From a virus, in the IMG/VR virus record IMGVR_UViG_3300029448_000003, positions 1 through 64,000 of that record: a stretch of DNA of 64,000 nucleotides. The stretch is one strand, 5' to 3'. The notes beneath the pieces were generated by a model. That model was not told where the DNA came from and did not search any database. It saw nothing but the letters and a program-made list of their open reading frames with translations. The position numbers and the translations under genes are program-made. Positions 9,127-18,927 of the stretch are shown here, piece by piece. Position 1 is the first letter of the stretch. The number at the start of each line of letters is the position of its first letter.

Positions 9127-9164
9127 TGGCTACTCATACCCCTATGACTGGCTACTTTGACCCC
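9127..9164 (+). promoter_or_regulatory. Direct repeat TGGCTACT-N3-ACCCC x2 in scaffold leader
   Basis: Copies at 9127-9142 and 9149-9164, just upstream of AAGGAG RBS. Confidence 0.6.
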
Positions 9165-9183
9165 AACAACAAGGAGAAGAAAC

Positions 9184-10056
9184 ATGGCAGAACAACAGGA
9201 AGCTATGACAAAAGAAGTAAAAATAGAAAAGAAAGCATTTATGGCAAAGCCATATAGCAGAGAAGACAAAATAAAAAAGGATGAAGAAGAATTAAAAAAG
9301 TTAAAAGCTGAACAAAAAGGTGAAACAGAAAAAGAAGAAGTAAAAGAAGAAGTTGAACCTGAAGGTGCTGAAGAAAAAACTTTTAAGAAAAGATATGGTG
9401 ATTTAAGAAAACATCAGCAACAACAGCAAAAAACTTTTGAATCTAAAATAGAAAGTCTAGAAGAACAATTAACAAAAGCTACAAAGAAAGAAATAAAATT
9501 ACCCAAGACTGAAGCAGAGATAGATGAATGGGCAAAAGAATATCCTGATGTAGCAGGCATAGTTGAAACAATAGCAATTAAAAAAGCTAGAGAACAATCA
9601 GATGTTCTTGAAGAAAAAATGAAAAAGATAAATGAGATGCAGTTAAGTGCTTCAAAAGAAAAAGCCGAAGCAGAATTATTAAAACTACATCCTGACTTTA
9701 CTGAGATTAGAGAAAGTGATGATTTCCATGATTGGGCAGAAGAGCAGCCTAGATGGGTACAAGATGCTTTATATGAAAATGATGAAGATGCAAGGTCAGC
9801 TAGTCGTGCTATCGACCTATATAAAGCAGATAAAAAAATTGAGTCAGTAAAGAAAACATCAAATAAAGATGCAGCAAAAGCTGTTAATACTCGTGGGGAA
9901 AAATCAACACCAGTAACAGACGAAAACTCAACGTATTTAAAAGAATCGGAAGTTCAAAAAATGTCAACAACTGAATATGAAAAACGTTCTGATGAAATTA
10001 TGGATGCTATCCGTTCTAAGAAATTTATATATGATTTATCTGGTTCAGCACGATAG
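9184..10056 (+). CDS. Capsid scaffolding protein
   Basis: Charged coiled coil, KKRYGDLR and HPDF...FHDW motifs; before capsid gene; RBS 9171-9176. Confidence 0.8.
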   Translation: MAEQQEAMTKEVKIEKKAFMAKPYSREDKIKKDEEELKKLKAEQKGETEKEEVKEEVEPEGAEEKTFKKRYGDLRKHQQQQQKTFESKIESLEEQLTKATKKEIKLPKTEAEIDEWAKEYPDVAGIVETIAIKKAREQSDVLEEKMKKINEMQLSASKEKAEAELLKLHPDFTEIRESDDFHDWAEEQPRWVQDALYENDEDARSASRAIDLYKADKKIESVKKTSNKDAAKAVNTRGEKSTPVTDENSTYLKESEVQKMSTTEYEKRSDEIMDAIRSKKFIYDLSGSAR

Positions 10057-10059
10057 TGC

Positions 10060-10088
10060 TTGACAAATAATATAAATTATGTATAACT
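10060..10088 (+). promoter_or_regulatory. Sigma70-like promoter for capsid gene
   Basis: TTGACA-N16-TATAAC. Confidence 0.65.
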
Positions 10089-10279
10089 AAATGTAAGCAA
10101 CACTTAGGTTGTTTACAATCTTGCAAATTCCAAATAAGACAAAGACTTACTCTTTAGTATTTGCCCGATTAGTTAACTTGATTGCAACATGTTAGTTAAT
10201 CGCACCTTATATTTATAGACCTCTCTGATATGTATATGGTATTTTGCATCTGTTTAAGTAAAAGAAAAGGAGAATTATT

Positions 10280-11377
10280 ATGGCTTTTACTAGTGCAGCA
10301 GGGCATGGAAACTTACCAAATGGTAATTTCTCTCCTGTAATCTATTCCAAACAGGTACAACTTGCATTTCGTAAGGGTTCTGTGGTGGAAGCAATAACTA
10401 ACTCAGACTACTTTGGTGAAATCGCTAACTTTGGAGACACAGTTAAGGTTATCAAAGAGCCTGAAATTACTGTCAAATCTTATTCTCGTGGTTCAACTAT
10501 TACACCACAGGATATTGACGATGAAGAATTTTCTCTTGTTATCGACAAAGCAAATTATTTTGCATTTAAAGTTGATGATATTGAGGAAGCTCATTCGCAT
10601 GTGAACTTTCAATCACTTGCATCTGATAGAGCCGCATATAGGCTCAAAGACCAGTACGACCAAGAAGTATTAGGATACTTGTCAGGTTTCAAACAGTCTG
10701 CATTACATGGTGCAGCTAATGCTGTTAATACAACAGTAAATGGAGCTAAAGCAGTAGACTCATCTTCTGATGGTGCTAACTTAGTTGGTGCAGAATTATT
10801 GGCTTCAATGTCTATTGATGCTTCTGATTTTACAAATACAAGTAATGCAGCAGGTACAGCAAATAATGCAATTGGACTTGAGCCAAGAGCAGGTGGAGCT
10901 ACTGCAGCAAAAGCTGGCACAGCAGGTAATGCATTTCCATTACAAGTTGTTGCACGTATGTCTAGACTAATGGACCAACAAAATGTAGACTCAAATAACA
11001 GATGGTTAGTTTTAGACCCTGTATTTTGTGAACTACTAAAAGACGAAGACTCTAGATTACTACAAGGTGATTGGGGTGGAAGTGGCTTACAAAATGGTTT
11101 AGTTGTAAATAACTTACATGGTTTTAAGGTATATATGTCTAACAACCTACCTTCAGTTGGTACAGGCTCTTCAACAGTAGGTGGTCAGAATACATCAAAC
11201 TATGGTGTTATTGTAGCAGGTCACTCATCAGCTATAGCAACTGCTGAACAAATCAACAAGACAGAAACTTACAGAGACCCTGATAGTTTCGCTGATATTG
11301 TTCGTGGTATGCATTTGTACGGCAGAAAGATACTTCGACCTGAAGCTATCGTAACTGCTGCTTATTGTTTAGCGTAA
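10280..11377 (+). CDS. Major capsid protein
   Basis: FSPVIYSK, GDTVKVIKEP, FKVDDIE, DIVRGMHLYGRKILRPE motifs of P22-coat-like capsids; strong RBS. Confidence 0.92.
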   Translation: MAFTSAAGHGNLPNGNFSPVIYSKQVQLAFRKGSVVEAITNSDYFGEIANFGDTVKVIKEPEITVKSYSRGSTITPQDIDDEEFSLVIDKANYFAFKVDDIEEAHSHVNFQSLASDRAAYRLKDQYDQEVLGYLSGFKQSALHGAANAVNTTVNGAKAVDSSSDGANLVGAELLASMSIDASDFTNTSNAAGTANNAIGLEPRAGGATAAKAGTAGNAFPLQVVARMSRLMDQQNVDSNNRWLVLDPVFCELLKDEDSRLLQGDWGGSGLQNGLVVNNLHGFKVYMSNNLPSVGTGSSTVGGQNTSNYGVIVAGHSSAIATAEQINKTETYRDPDSFADIVRGMHLYGRKILRPEAIVTAAYCLA

Positions 11378-11389
11378 GGAGAATAGATT

Positions 11390-11869
11390 ATGGGAACAAT
11401 ATCAACTCTATTACTACCAGCACATGGAAGTTCTTTAAGAGGAAGAAATCCATATATGGTACAAAAAACTATTGACCTTACTGCACAAGCAATTTCTTGT
11501 ACAGCAGGTGACGTAGTTGAGTGTATAACTATTCCTGCTAATACAAGACTGTTACATGCAGGTTTTCAAGTTGTATCAAGTGCAACTATGAATACAGGTG
11601 TTAACGCTACAGCAAGTCTTGGTGCTGCAGATGCTGACGAATTTGTAGCAACATTTGACATTGATGGTGCTTCAGATGGAGCTTATGCTCCTTCAGCAAC
11701 TCCAGCAGGGGATGTTACGCTTGCAACAGCAGATACACTAGATTTAACTTTTGCGGGAGATGGTGCGACCTTCACAGCAGGTAAAATCAGAGTATATGCT
11801 ATAATGATGGATGTTAGCGACCAAGGAGATTGTTCTCCTAGTGAAGTTGACAGAGATACATTAGCGTAA
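11390..11869 (+). CDS. Minor capsid/decoration protein
   Basis: Beta-rich 159 aa co-transcribed with capsid, before terminator. Confidence 0.6.
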   Translation: MGTISTLLLPAHGSSLRGRNPYMVQKTIDLTAQAISCTAGDVVECITIPANTRLLHAGFQVVSSATMNTGVNATASLGAADADEFVATFDIDGASDGAYAPSATPAGDVTLATADTLDLTFAGDGATFTAGKIRVYAIMMDVSDQGDCSPSEVDRDTLA

Positions 11870-11882
11870 CTCATACAATCTA

Positions 11883-11913
11883 AGGGGGCAGGGTAAAACT
11901 TGCCCTCTTTTTT
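11883..11913 (+). terminator. Rho-independent terminator
   Basis: AGGGGGCAGG-GTAAAA-CTTGCCCTCT then T run. Confidence 0.85.
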
Positions 11914-11929
11914 AAAAGGAATTTAACGT

Positions 11930-12286
11930 ATGACATATGAATCAAAAAGAAGAATTAATGCATTTTTAGATATTCCAACAGGAAGTGCAGGTGTATTATA
12001 TACATGTCCTACAAATAGAACAGCAGTAGTAAAAGAAATTATTGTAAGTAATGTAGATGTTAGTAATGCAAGTGCAAACCTAACAATACAGATTGTTGAT
12101 ACGTCAACAGGAAATACATTTAATTTAGTAAGTACAAAACCTGTTGCTGAAAATACATATTTAAGAATAGATAGTGCCAACATTATATTAGAGTCAGGAG
12201 ATATATTAAAGGCATTGGCAAGTGCTGCAGACGATTTAGAAGCATCAGCATTTATTGAAGAATATCCTGACCCAATGAGGAGTTAA
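11930..12286 (+). CDS. Virion structural protein
   Basis: LYTCP...IIVSNVD...ILESGDILKA; similar pattern to 16247..16618. Confidence 0.65.
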   Translation: MTYESKRRINAFLDIPTGSAGVLYTCPTNRTAVVKEIIVSNVDVSNASANLTIQIVDTSTGNTFNLVSTKPVAENTYLRIDSANIILESGDILKALASAADDLEASAFIEEYPDPMRS

Positions 12287-12290
12287 AAAA

Positions 12291-12740
12291 ATGGCTGTCG
12301 TTACATGTATGGTTAATTCATTTAAAGGTGAAATACTAAAAGAAGGACATCAATTAGAATCAGATACTTTAAAAATGGCATTAATAAAGTCTGGTGAGTC
12401 TCGTACTTATGACCATGTTATTGAAAATTATTCAGAGCTTATAGCATCAACAACTGATGAAGTAGCAAATGGTAATGGTTACACTACAGGTGGTGCAACT
12501 CTACAAAATGTTTCAGTATCTGTTGATGATACTAATGATGTAGCATTTGTAGATTTTGATGATATATCATTTACAAATGCTACAATATCAGCATCAGGTG
12601 CTTTTATTTATAATACATCCAATTCAAATAAAGCGATTGCTATTATTAGTTTTGGGGGAACAGTTGCATCTACTGCAGGTACATTTACTGTACAACTTCC
12701 TGCCGCAGCTCATAATACAGCAATTATTCGTATAGCATAG
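12291..12740 (+). CDS. Virion structural protein (tail/fiber-associated)
   Basis: NSFKGEIL...LKMAL...GYTTGG...GAFIYN...GTFTV motif set. Confidence 0.65.
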   Translation: MAVVTCMVNSFKGEILKEGHQLESDTLKMALIKSGESRTYDHVIENYSELIASTTDEVANGNGYTTGGATLQNVSVSVDDTNDVAFVDFDDISFTNATISASGAFIYNTSNSNKAIAIISFGGTVASTAGTFTVQLPAAAHNTAIIRIA

Positions 12741-12750
12741 GAAATATAAT

Positions 12751-15700
12751 ATGGCTCATGTTCTATTAGATAGAGCAAAAGTAGTTGCTACTAGTATGAG
12801 TGGCAATACGTCTAACTATACCCTAACCAATACTCCAGAAACAGGTTTTGTAGATTTTACTGGTGTGGGTGATGGTAACACTACATATTATGCAGCAATA
12901 GATAATGCAGGTAATTTTGAAATAGGCATAGGTACATTTGCTACATCAGGAGAAGTGTTAACACGAACTGACGGAAATGTTATTAAAAGTACAAATAGTA
13001 ATAACAGAGTTAGTTGGCCCTCTAATTCTACACCTACAGTTTTTATTACGCAACCTGCCGATAAAGCAGTATTTACAGATGCTAATGGTGATGCAACTTT
13101 AAAAACTTCTGATGGTGCAATATTAAATTTACAGACATCTGACACTACTATAAATAGTGGAGATATACTTGGAGCTATAAATTTTCAAGCTCCAGATGAA
13201 AGTAGTGGTGGAGATGCTATAGAAATTGCTGCTGTTATTGAAGCTAAAGCTACAAATAGTTTTAAATCAGATGTAATTGAAACAGACTTAATTTTTAAAG
13301 TAGCTAATGATGCAGCGGCTACCGAAAGAATGAGACTAACTAAGTCTGGTGCACTTAAATTGAGTAGCACTACCAACGAAGATAATCTTGTTATTCAAAC
13401 AACTTTTGGCAGTGAAACTAATTCTACTCCAGATTTAAGCCTATATAATAATTCAACCATAGCTGGAACTGATAACGCACTTGGTGTATTAAAATATCAA
13501 GCTAATACTGCAAATCATTCACACCACACATTTGCAGATGTAGTAGGAATGGCATTTTCAACTACACAAAATGCTTTAGAAGGTGGCATTAGATTTAGAT
13601 TTGCCGAAGGTAGTAGCCATTCATGGGGTGCTAATGAATACCTGAGTTTTAGACCTGAAAAAATTCAATACTATAATGGAACTTCTACAACCACTCTTGC
13701 TTTTACAACTCCTACAGCAGGAGATGTTACCCTTACACTTCCTAATACAACTGGTACAATAGCACTTACAAGTGATGGTGTAGCAGCTGATGATATTTCA
13801 ACAGGTGATGCGGCTGTCACGATAGGAACATCTTCTGGAGATATAACACTTGATACAGATGGTGATATTATACTTGATGCAAATAATGCTTCTGCTGATG
13901 GTGGTGGAATATTTTTTAAAGATAATAATAATATATTCGGACATTTTGTTTCAGATGATTTTTATGGAAATAGTTATCTTACTACTGATTTTGAACTAAG
14001 AAGTACAAATACTGGAACTCTTGCAGGACCAATACTTAACTTGTGGCGAAATAGTAATAGTCCTGCCGTTAACGATGATATTGGTCAAGTTAATTTTATT
14101 GGTGAGGATTCTGCTAGTAATAAACAAGCATATGCAGGTATTACTGGTGAAATTATAAATCCAACACACGGAAATGAAGAAGCTCAAATATATTTTATAA
14201 TTGCAAATGGAGACAATTCTGTAACAAATGGGTACACAACTACATATAAATTTGGTGCATCACGTTTATTATTAGATGGTACAACTCAATTACAGTTTGG
14301 TGATAATGGAACATACATACATCAATCGGCAGATGGTGTTTTAGATTTAGTTGCAGATACCGAACTTGAACTTAATGGTGGAATAGTAGATATTAATTCA
14401 TCTGTTGGTGATATTAATATTGGTGCTGTAGGTGGAAATACTATAATTTCTGGTGATACAGGTGCAATGACTTTGACTAATAGTGGAACTGGAAATATTA
14501 CTATTGATTCAAGTGGTAATGATACAGATATTATTTTCAAAGGTACAGATAATAATGCTGATATTACAATGCTTACTCTTGATGGTAGTGCAGCAGGAAA
14601 TGCAACATTTAATTCTAATTTAGGAGTAGGTACATCACCATCTTCTTTATGGGTAGGTCAAGTTTCTGCTAATGTAAATGCTATTGATGTATCAGGTAAA
14701 TCTGGGTTTTATGCGTATACTGGTAGTAGTGGAACTGATGGTGAAACTACAATTTCTACTAATGCTTACTTTGCTACCAATGGATGGAAAGCTAAACAAA
14801 CTGGAGAAGCTAGTGCATATTCAGCAAAACAAGATGGAACTCATACTTTTTATGGAACTAAAGGCACAAGTTCTACTATTAATACAAATATAACATTTAA
14901 TGAATTATTTAAAATAACTTCTGATGGTGCAGAAATTTATGGTAATACTGCTGGTGGGTACTTACAATTAAACTGTGAAAATAACAGTCATGGAGTAAAG
15001 CTCCAATCTCCAGACCATAGTGCAGCTCAGTCATACACTTTAAAACTTCCTGATAATCAAGTTGCAGTTAATAAAATATTAAAAGTAAAAAGTATTAGTG
15101 GTTCTGGTGCAACTGCTATAGGTCAGTTAGAATTTGCTGATGATGCTAGTGGTGGTGGTGGTAGTTCTGCTGCTGATGATATTACTACTGGTGATGCAGA
15201 AGTTACAATTGCAACATCATTTGGTCATATAATAATTGATAACCAAGCAAGTGACCAAGATATTATCTTTTATGGTACTGATGGTGGTTCTCATATAACT
15301 GCATTAAGACTTGATATGTCTGATAATGGTAAAGCAATATTTAGTGATGATATACAAGTTGGTAAAGATGTATTTTTAGAAAGTCTTGGCACAGGTACTA
15401 AACCAAAATTAGACCTTTATTGGAAAAAGTTAAGCACAACTCAATCTATTGGGCAAATTAACTTTAGGGCTTACAGAACTCCCGGTATTAATAGAACTTT
15501 TGCAACTATAGATGCATATTCTCCTAACAATTCAAATGGTTCAGAGTTAGGTTCTTTAAAGTTTGGACTTACAATAGGCAACACAACATCAACTCGTGCT
15601 GAACTTACTGCTACATCAGCTTCAGGAGGTATATTTAGACTTCACCAAGGTTTTGACCTTGCATTTAGAGGTCAATCAGGCAGTGCAGGATATACTACAT

Positions 15701-16227
15701 TAACTGTTACAAACCCCACACAAAACAATACTATAACATTACCAGATGCTACAGGTACAGTGGCATTAACATCAGACATTACTGGTGGGGGTGGTGTAAC
15801 TGTACAAGACGAAGGAGGTGCTTTATCTACAACAGGTACTACTCTTAATTTTGTAGGAGCAGGAGTTGTTGCTTCTGGAACTGGTGCTACTAAAACTATA
15901 ACAATAGCAGGTGGTGGTAGTGGTGTAACAGTGCAAGATGAAGGAAGTTCTTTGTCTACAGCAGGTACTACTCTTGACTTTGTAGGTGCAGGAGTTGTTG
16001 CTTCTGGAACTGGTGCTACTAAAACTATAACAATAGCAGGTGGTGGCAGTGGAATAACTGTTCAAGATGAAGGTAGTGCATTATCAACAGCAGGTACTAC
16101 TCTTAACTTTGTAGGTGCAGGTGTAACTGCAAGTGGTACTGGTGCTACTAAAACTGTAACCATTTCTGGTGGAGGTGGTGGAATAACCACAGGTAAAGCT
16201 ATTGCAATGGCAATGGTATTCGGATAA
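12751..16227 (+). CDS. Tail fiber / receptor-binding protein
   Basis: 1158 aa G/T/S/N-rich; modular repeats; C-terminal GKAIAMAMVFG. Confidence 0.8.
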   Translation: MAHVLLDRAKVVATSMSGNTSNYTLTNTPETGFVDFTGVGDGNTTYYAAIDNAGNFEIGIGTFATSGEVLTRTDGNVIKSTNSNNRVSWPSNSTPTVFITQPADKAVFTDANGDATLKTSDGAILNLQTSDTTINSGDILGAINFQAPDESSGGDAIEIAAVIEAKATNSFKSDVIETDLIFKVANDAAATERMRLTKSGALKLSSTTNEDNLVIQTTFGSETNSTPDLSLYNNSTIAGTDNALGVLKYQANTANHSHHTFADVVGMAFSTTQNALEGGIRFRFAEGSSHSWGANEYLSFRPEKIQYYNGTSTTTLAFTTPTAGDVTLTLPNTTGTIALTSDGVAADDISTGDAAVTIGTSSGDITLDTDGDIILDANNASADGGGIFFKDNNNIFGHFVSDDFYGNSYLTTDFELRSTNTGTLAGPILNLWRNSNSPAVNDDIGQVNFIGEDSASNKQAYAGITGEIINPTHGNEEAQIYFIIANGDNSVTNGYTTTYKFGASRLLLDGTTQLQFGDNGTYIHQSADGVLDLVADTELELNGGIVDINSSVGDINIGAVGGNTIISGDTGAMTLTNSGTGNITIDSSGNDTDIIFKGTDNNADITMLTLDGSAAGNATFNSNLGVGTSPSSLWVGQVSANVNAIDVSGKSGFYAYTGSSGTDGETTISTNAYFATNGWKAKQTGEASAYSAKQDGTHTFYGTKGTSSTINTNITFNELFKITSDGAEIYGNTAGGYLQLNCENNSHGVKLQSPDHSAAQSYTLKLPDNQVAVNKILKVKSISGSGATAIGQLEFADDASGGGGSSAADDITTGDAEVTIATSFGHIIIDNQASDQDIIFYGTDGGSHITALRLDMSDNGKAIFSDDIQVGKDVFLESLGTGTKPKLDLYWKKLSTTQSIGQINFRAYRTPGINRTFATIDAYSPNNSNGSELGSLKFGLTIGNTTSTRAELTATSASGGIFRLHQGFDLAFRGQSGSAGYTTLTVTNPTQNNTITLPDATGTVALTSDITGGGGVTVQDEGGALSTTGTTLNFVGAGVVASGTGATKTITIAGGGSGVTVQDEGSSLSTAGTTLDFVGAGVVASGTGATKTITIAGGGSGITVQDEGSALSTAGTTLNFVGAGVTASGTGATKTVTISGGGGGITTGKAIAMAMVFG
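15790..16180 (+). repeat. Three tandem 129-bp (43-aa) repeats
   Basis: VTVQDEG.ALSTAGTTLNFVGAGVVASGTGATKTITI; QDE codons at 15805, 15934, 16063. Confidence 0.95.
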
Positions 16228-16246
16228 AAGAAAGAGAGAATAAAAT

Positions 16247-16618
16247 ATGGCAAACCCAAATATAGTCAACGTAACTTCAATACTAGGTAAAACAGATTAT
16301 GATACTGATGTTGCAACTAGTGAGACAACTTTAGTAGATACAGTTGCTACAGATAAAATATTAAAAATTAATACTATTATTGCAGCTAATATTGATGGTA
16401 CAAACGATGCAGATATTACAGTTTTTGTTGCGTTAGCTAATGGCTCAGTTGCATATCATTTAGCAAAAACAGTTACAGTTCCAGCAGATTCATCTCTTGT
16501 TATCATATCAAAAGATACATCATTTTATTTAGAAGAAGGTTTAAGAATCCGTGCTAATGCTAGTGCAGCTGGTGATATTAGTTTAATGTGTTCTTACGAA
16601 GAAATGGATGATGCTTAG
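16247..16618 (+). CDS. Virion structural protein
   Basis: MANPNIVNV...IIAANIDG...VPADSSL...YLEEG. Confidence 0.65.
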   Translation: MANPNIVNVTSILGKTDYDTDVATSETTLVDTVATDKILKINTIIAANIDGTNDADITVFVALANGSVAYHLAKTVTVPADSSLVIISKDTSFYLEEGLRIRANASAAGDISLMCSYEEMDDA

Positions 16619-16620
16619 TA

Positions 16621-17481
16621 GTGGCTTTTAATTATTTTAATAACAATAGTATTATTGGCAAAAAAAGTAGTTCAAGACAAATTGAAGATTTAGATACTGC
16701 GAGAAACTTTCAAGATGAAATATTTTTAAAATCACAAGGTTCTACATCTAACGTAGGTATCAATACTTTATCTGTCAATAAAGACATGATATTTACTACA
16801 GGTAATATTGTAGTTCCTGCTGGATATAATCCTCACACCAGTGGTAGTGCGTTAACTGTAAGCAAATCAGGCTATGGTGGTAATGGTAATAGTTATCGTT
16901 GGAATGATTGGGGTGATGACTATTTTGATAGATGGGGTGATTTCTATATTTTTAATCCTGCAACAAATATTGGGTCTTCTATATATTTTTCAACTGATGA
17001 TGGACCAGACGGAACATTTTACACTGAAACTCAAACTCATCATAGTAAAACTTTTCAAATAATTCATGGATGGGCTACACAAGGAATATTTAAATTAGAT
17101 GTTGCATGCACAAGCGATGAAACCTTTTCATTTGCAGTAGGTCACTATGGAAATTTAGGCTCTGACAGTGCTACTCAACAAACTAATAGAACATATAGTG
17201 CAAGTTGGGGGACCTTACATTATACTTTTACTAGTCAAGGTAACGTCAGAGAGTATTTTTATGTACACGCAATACCAAAATTAATAACTGATAACAATGC
17301 CCTTAACCCTAACACAAGTGGTGCGTTTTTTGACCATTACGGAAATGACAACTTAGCTGTTTATGCTGGACCTTTTACTCATGGATTTACTTTTTATTAT
17401 ATAAAAGGAAGTAATAGTTCAACTGGTGCAAATTATACTTGGGTTGCAAATGATATAGCTCCCAGTGCAACATATTTTTAA
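16621..17481 (+). CDS. Hypothetical beta-rich protein, tail region
   Basis: 286 aa, aromatic/G/S/T-rich, GTG start. Confidence 0.6.
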   Translation: MAFNYFNNNSIIGKKSSSRQIEDLDTARNFQDEIFLKSQGSTSNVGINTLSVNKDMIFTTGNIVVPAGYNPHTSGSALTVSKSGYGGNGNSYRWNDWGDDYFDRWGDFYIFNPATNIGSSIYFSTDDGPDGTFYTETQTHHSKTFQIIHGWATQGIFKLDVACTSDETFSFAVGHYGNLGSDSATQQTNRTYSASWGTLHYTFTSQGNVREYFYVHAIPKLITDNNALNPNTSGAFFDHYGNDNLAVYAGPFTHGFTFYYIKGSNSSTGANYTWVANDIAPSATYF

Positions 17482-17496
17482 ATAGAGAAAAAAAAA

Positions 17497-18648
17497 ATGA
17501 AAAGAAATAGTGGGTTTATTGGGGAAATACAAAATACTACAACAACAGTAGCTAAAGGTATTCACGATTTGCATGACGTTCATATTAAAAGAGTATCAAC
17601 TAAATGGCCCAGAATGAAAAGGTTTATTTCTCTTACTCCTTCTGTAACAACTGTTACAGAGGGAAACTCTATGACATTTACACTTGCTACAGAACATGTT
17701 GAACCTGATACTACTTTATATTATACAATAGCTACTGTTTCTGGTACTACTATGGTAGATGCTGATTTTGTCGGTACAGTAGCTGGTTCATTTAATACAG
17801 CTAATTTGTTAAATCAAATAATTTTAAATACTGTTCTTACAGTTGGCTTAGTTGCAGAAGTAAGTCCGGGGGATTCAGAAAGTAATGTATTTAAATTGCA
17901 GATAAGAACAGGAAGCACATCTGGACCTATAGTTATTGAGTCTAGTGATATAACTGTAACTGATGCAGTATCATTTGGTACTGACGTTGAAAGTTCATTT
18001 TATGAAATATCAAATAGATATGTTAACCCACCTTCTAGTGCCGATTACACTGGTGCATATGACGTTGGACAGGTTCAGGTATCTTCTAGTGGCAGTAAAA
18101 GACTTTATATTGCTTTGAAATGTACTACAGCAACAACATACTATAATGACATTTGTATAGCTGCAATACAGGTATTAAATTCTTCTGATGTAGTACAACA
18201 AACTTGGAATTTTTCAGGTGGTAATCCAAGCAACTCGTGGCAAACAACTACATCAGCAATTAATGGCAGTAGTAGTTTGTTCAGTAGTTATGTTAGTCCA
18301 ACTCAAGCAGCGGCTTATACTTATAGTACTTTAACAAGTACTAATAACTCAGCTAGAATCGGTTTTACATCTAGCACAGGTAGTTCTAGTACAGGTTGTG
18401 CAGATGGAATACTTGCTACCAATACTAATTATCCAGTAGGAAATGGTACAGTAGCTCAATATACTAGCACTAATTATATTTATCGTGAAGTAAGTGGAGC
18501 AGGTAGATATTCTCATTCAGTTGCAAGAAGTCCTTCTTACACCTTTTCAACAGGCGATAAAATAAAAGTTGTACACAACATGTGTACACCTTCTAGCATG
18601 AACTCATCTATTAATGTAAATGATTCAATATGGATAGGTATTAATTAA
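17497..18648 (+). CDS. Hypothetical tail-region protein with Ig/Calx-like segment
   Basis: VTEGNSMTFT...LYYTI...E..FKLQIRTGSTSGPIV. Confidence 0.6.
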   Translation: MKRNSGFIGEIQNTTTTVAKGIHDLHDVHIKRVSTKWPRMKRFISLTPSVTTVTEGNSMTFTLATEHVEPDTTLYYTIATVSGTTMVDADFVGTVAGSFNTANLLNQIILNTVLTVGLVAEVSPGDSESNVFKLQIRTGSTSGPIVIESSDITVTDAVSFGTDVESSFYEISNRYVNPPSSADYTGAYDVGQVQVSSSGSKRLYIALKCTTATTYYNDICIAAIQVLNSSDVVQQTWNFSGGNPSNSWQTTTSAINGSSSLFSSYVSPTQAAAYTYSTLTSTNNSARIGFTSSTGSSSTGCADGILATNTNYPVGNGTVAQYTSTNYIYREVSGAGRYSHSVARSPSYTFSTGDKIKVVHNMCTPSSMNSSINVNDSIWIGIN

Positions 18649-18649
18649 T

Positions 18650-18916
18650 ATGTCACAAGATTTTAAATATAATTATTATTATTCTTATGAAAAACAATAT
18701 CCTGTAACATGGGATAAAATACCAAATAGAATAAGGTTATCGGATGGTAACACAAAAACAGACAAAGAAAGTTTTACAGAAGAAGAATTAAAAGATGCTG
18801 GATACGTGTTTACTGATGTGTACCCAAACTATAATGATGAAACGCATCTTTGTAGTTGGAACGGCACGGATTGGGTAGTTACACAATGGCATGACCCAAA
18901 TGAAGAAAAAACTTAG
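18650..18916 (+). CDS. Tail-fiber-associated small protein
   Basis: RIRLSDG.T.T...EELKDAGY...W.G..WVV. Confidence 0.55.
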   Translation: MSQDFKYNYYYSYEKQYPVTWDKIPNRIRLSDGNTKTDKESFTEEELKDAGYVFTDVYPNYNDETHLCSWNGTDWVVTQWHDPNEEKT

Positions 18917-18927
18917 AAAGTTAAAGT

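Noticed and set aside
11369-11869. Capsid and next gene both end TTAGCGTAA; possible T7-like capsid extension
   Set aside because: The second gene has its own strong RBS and no slippery site is evident; a 9-bp match may be chance.
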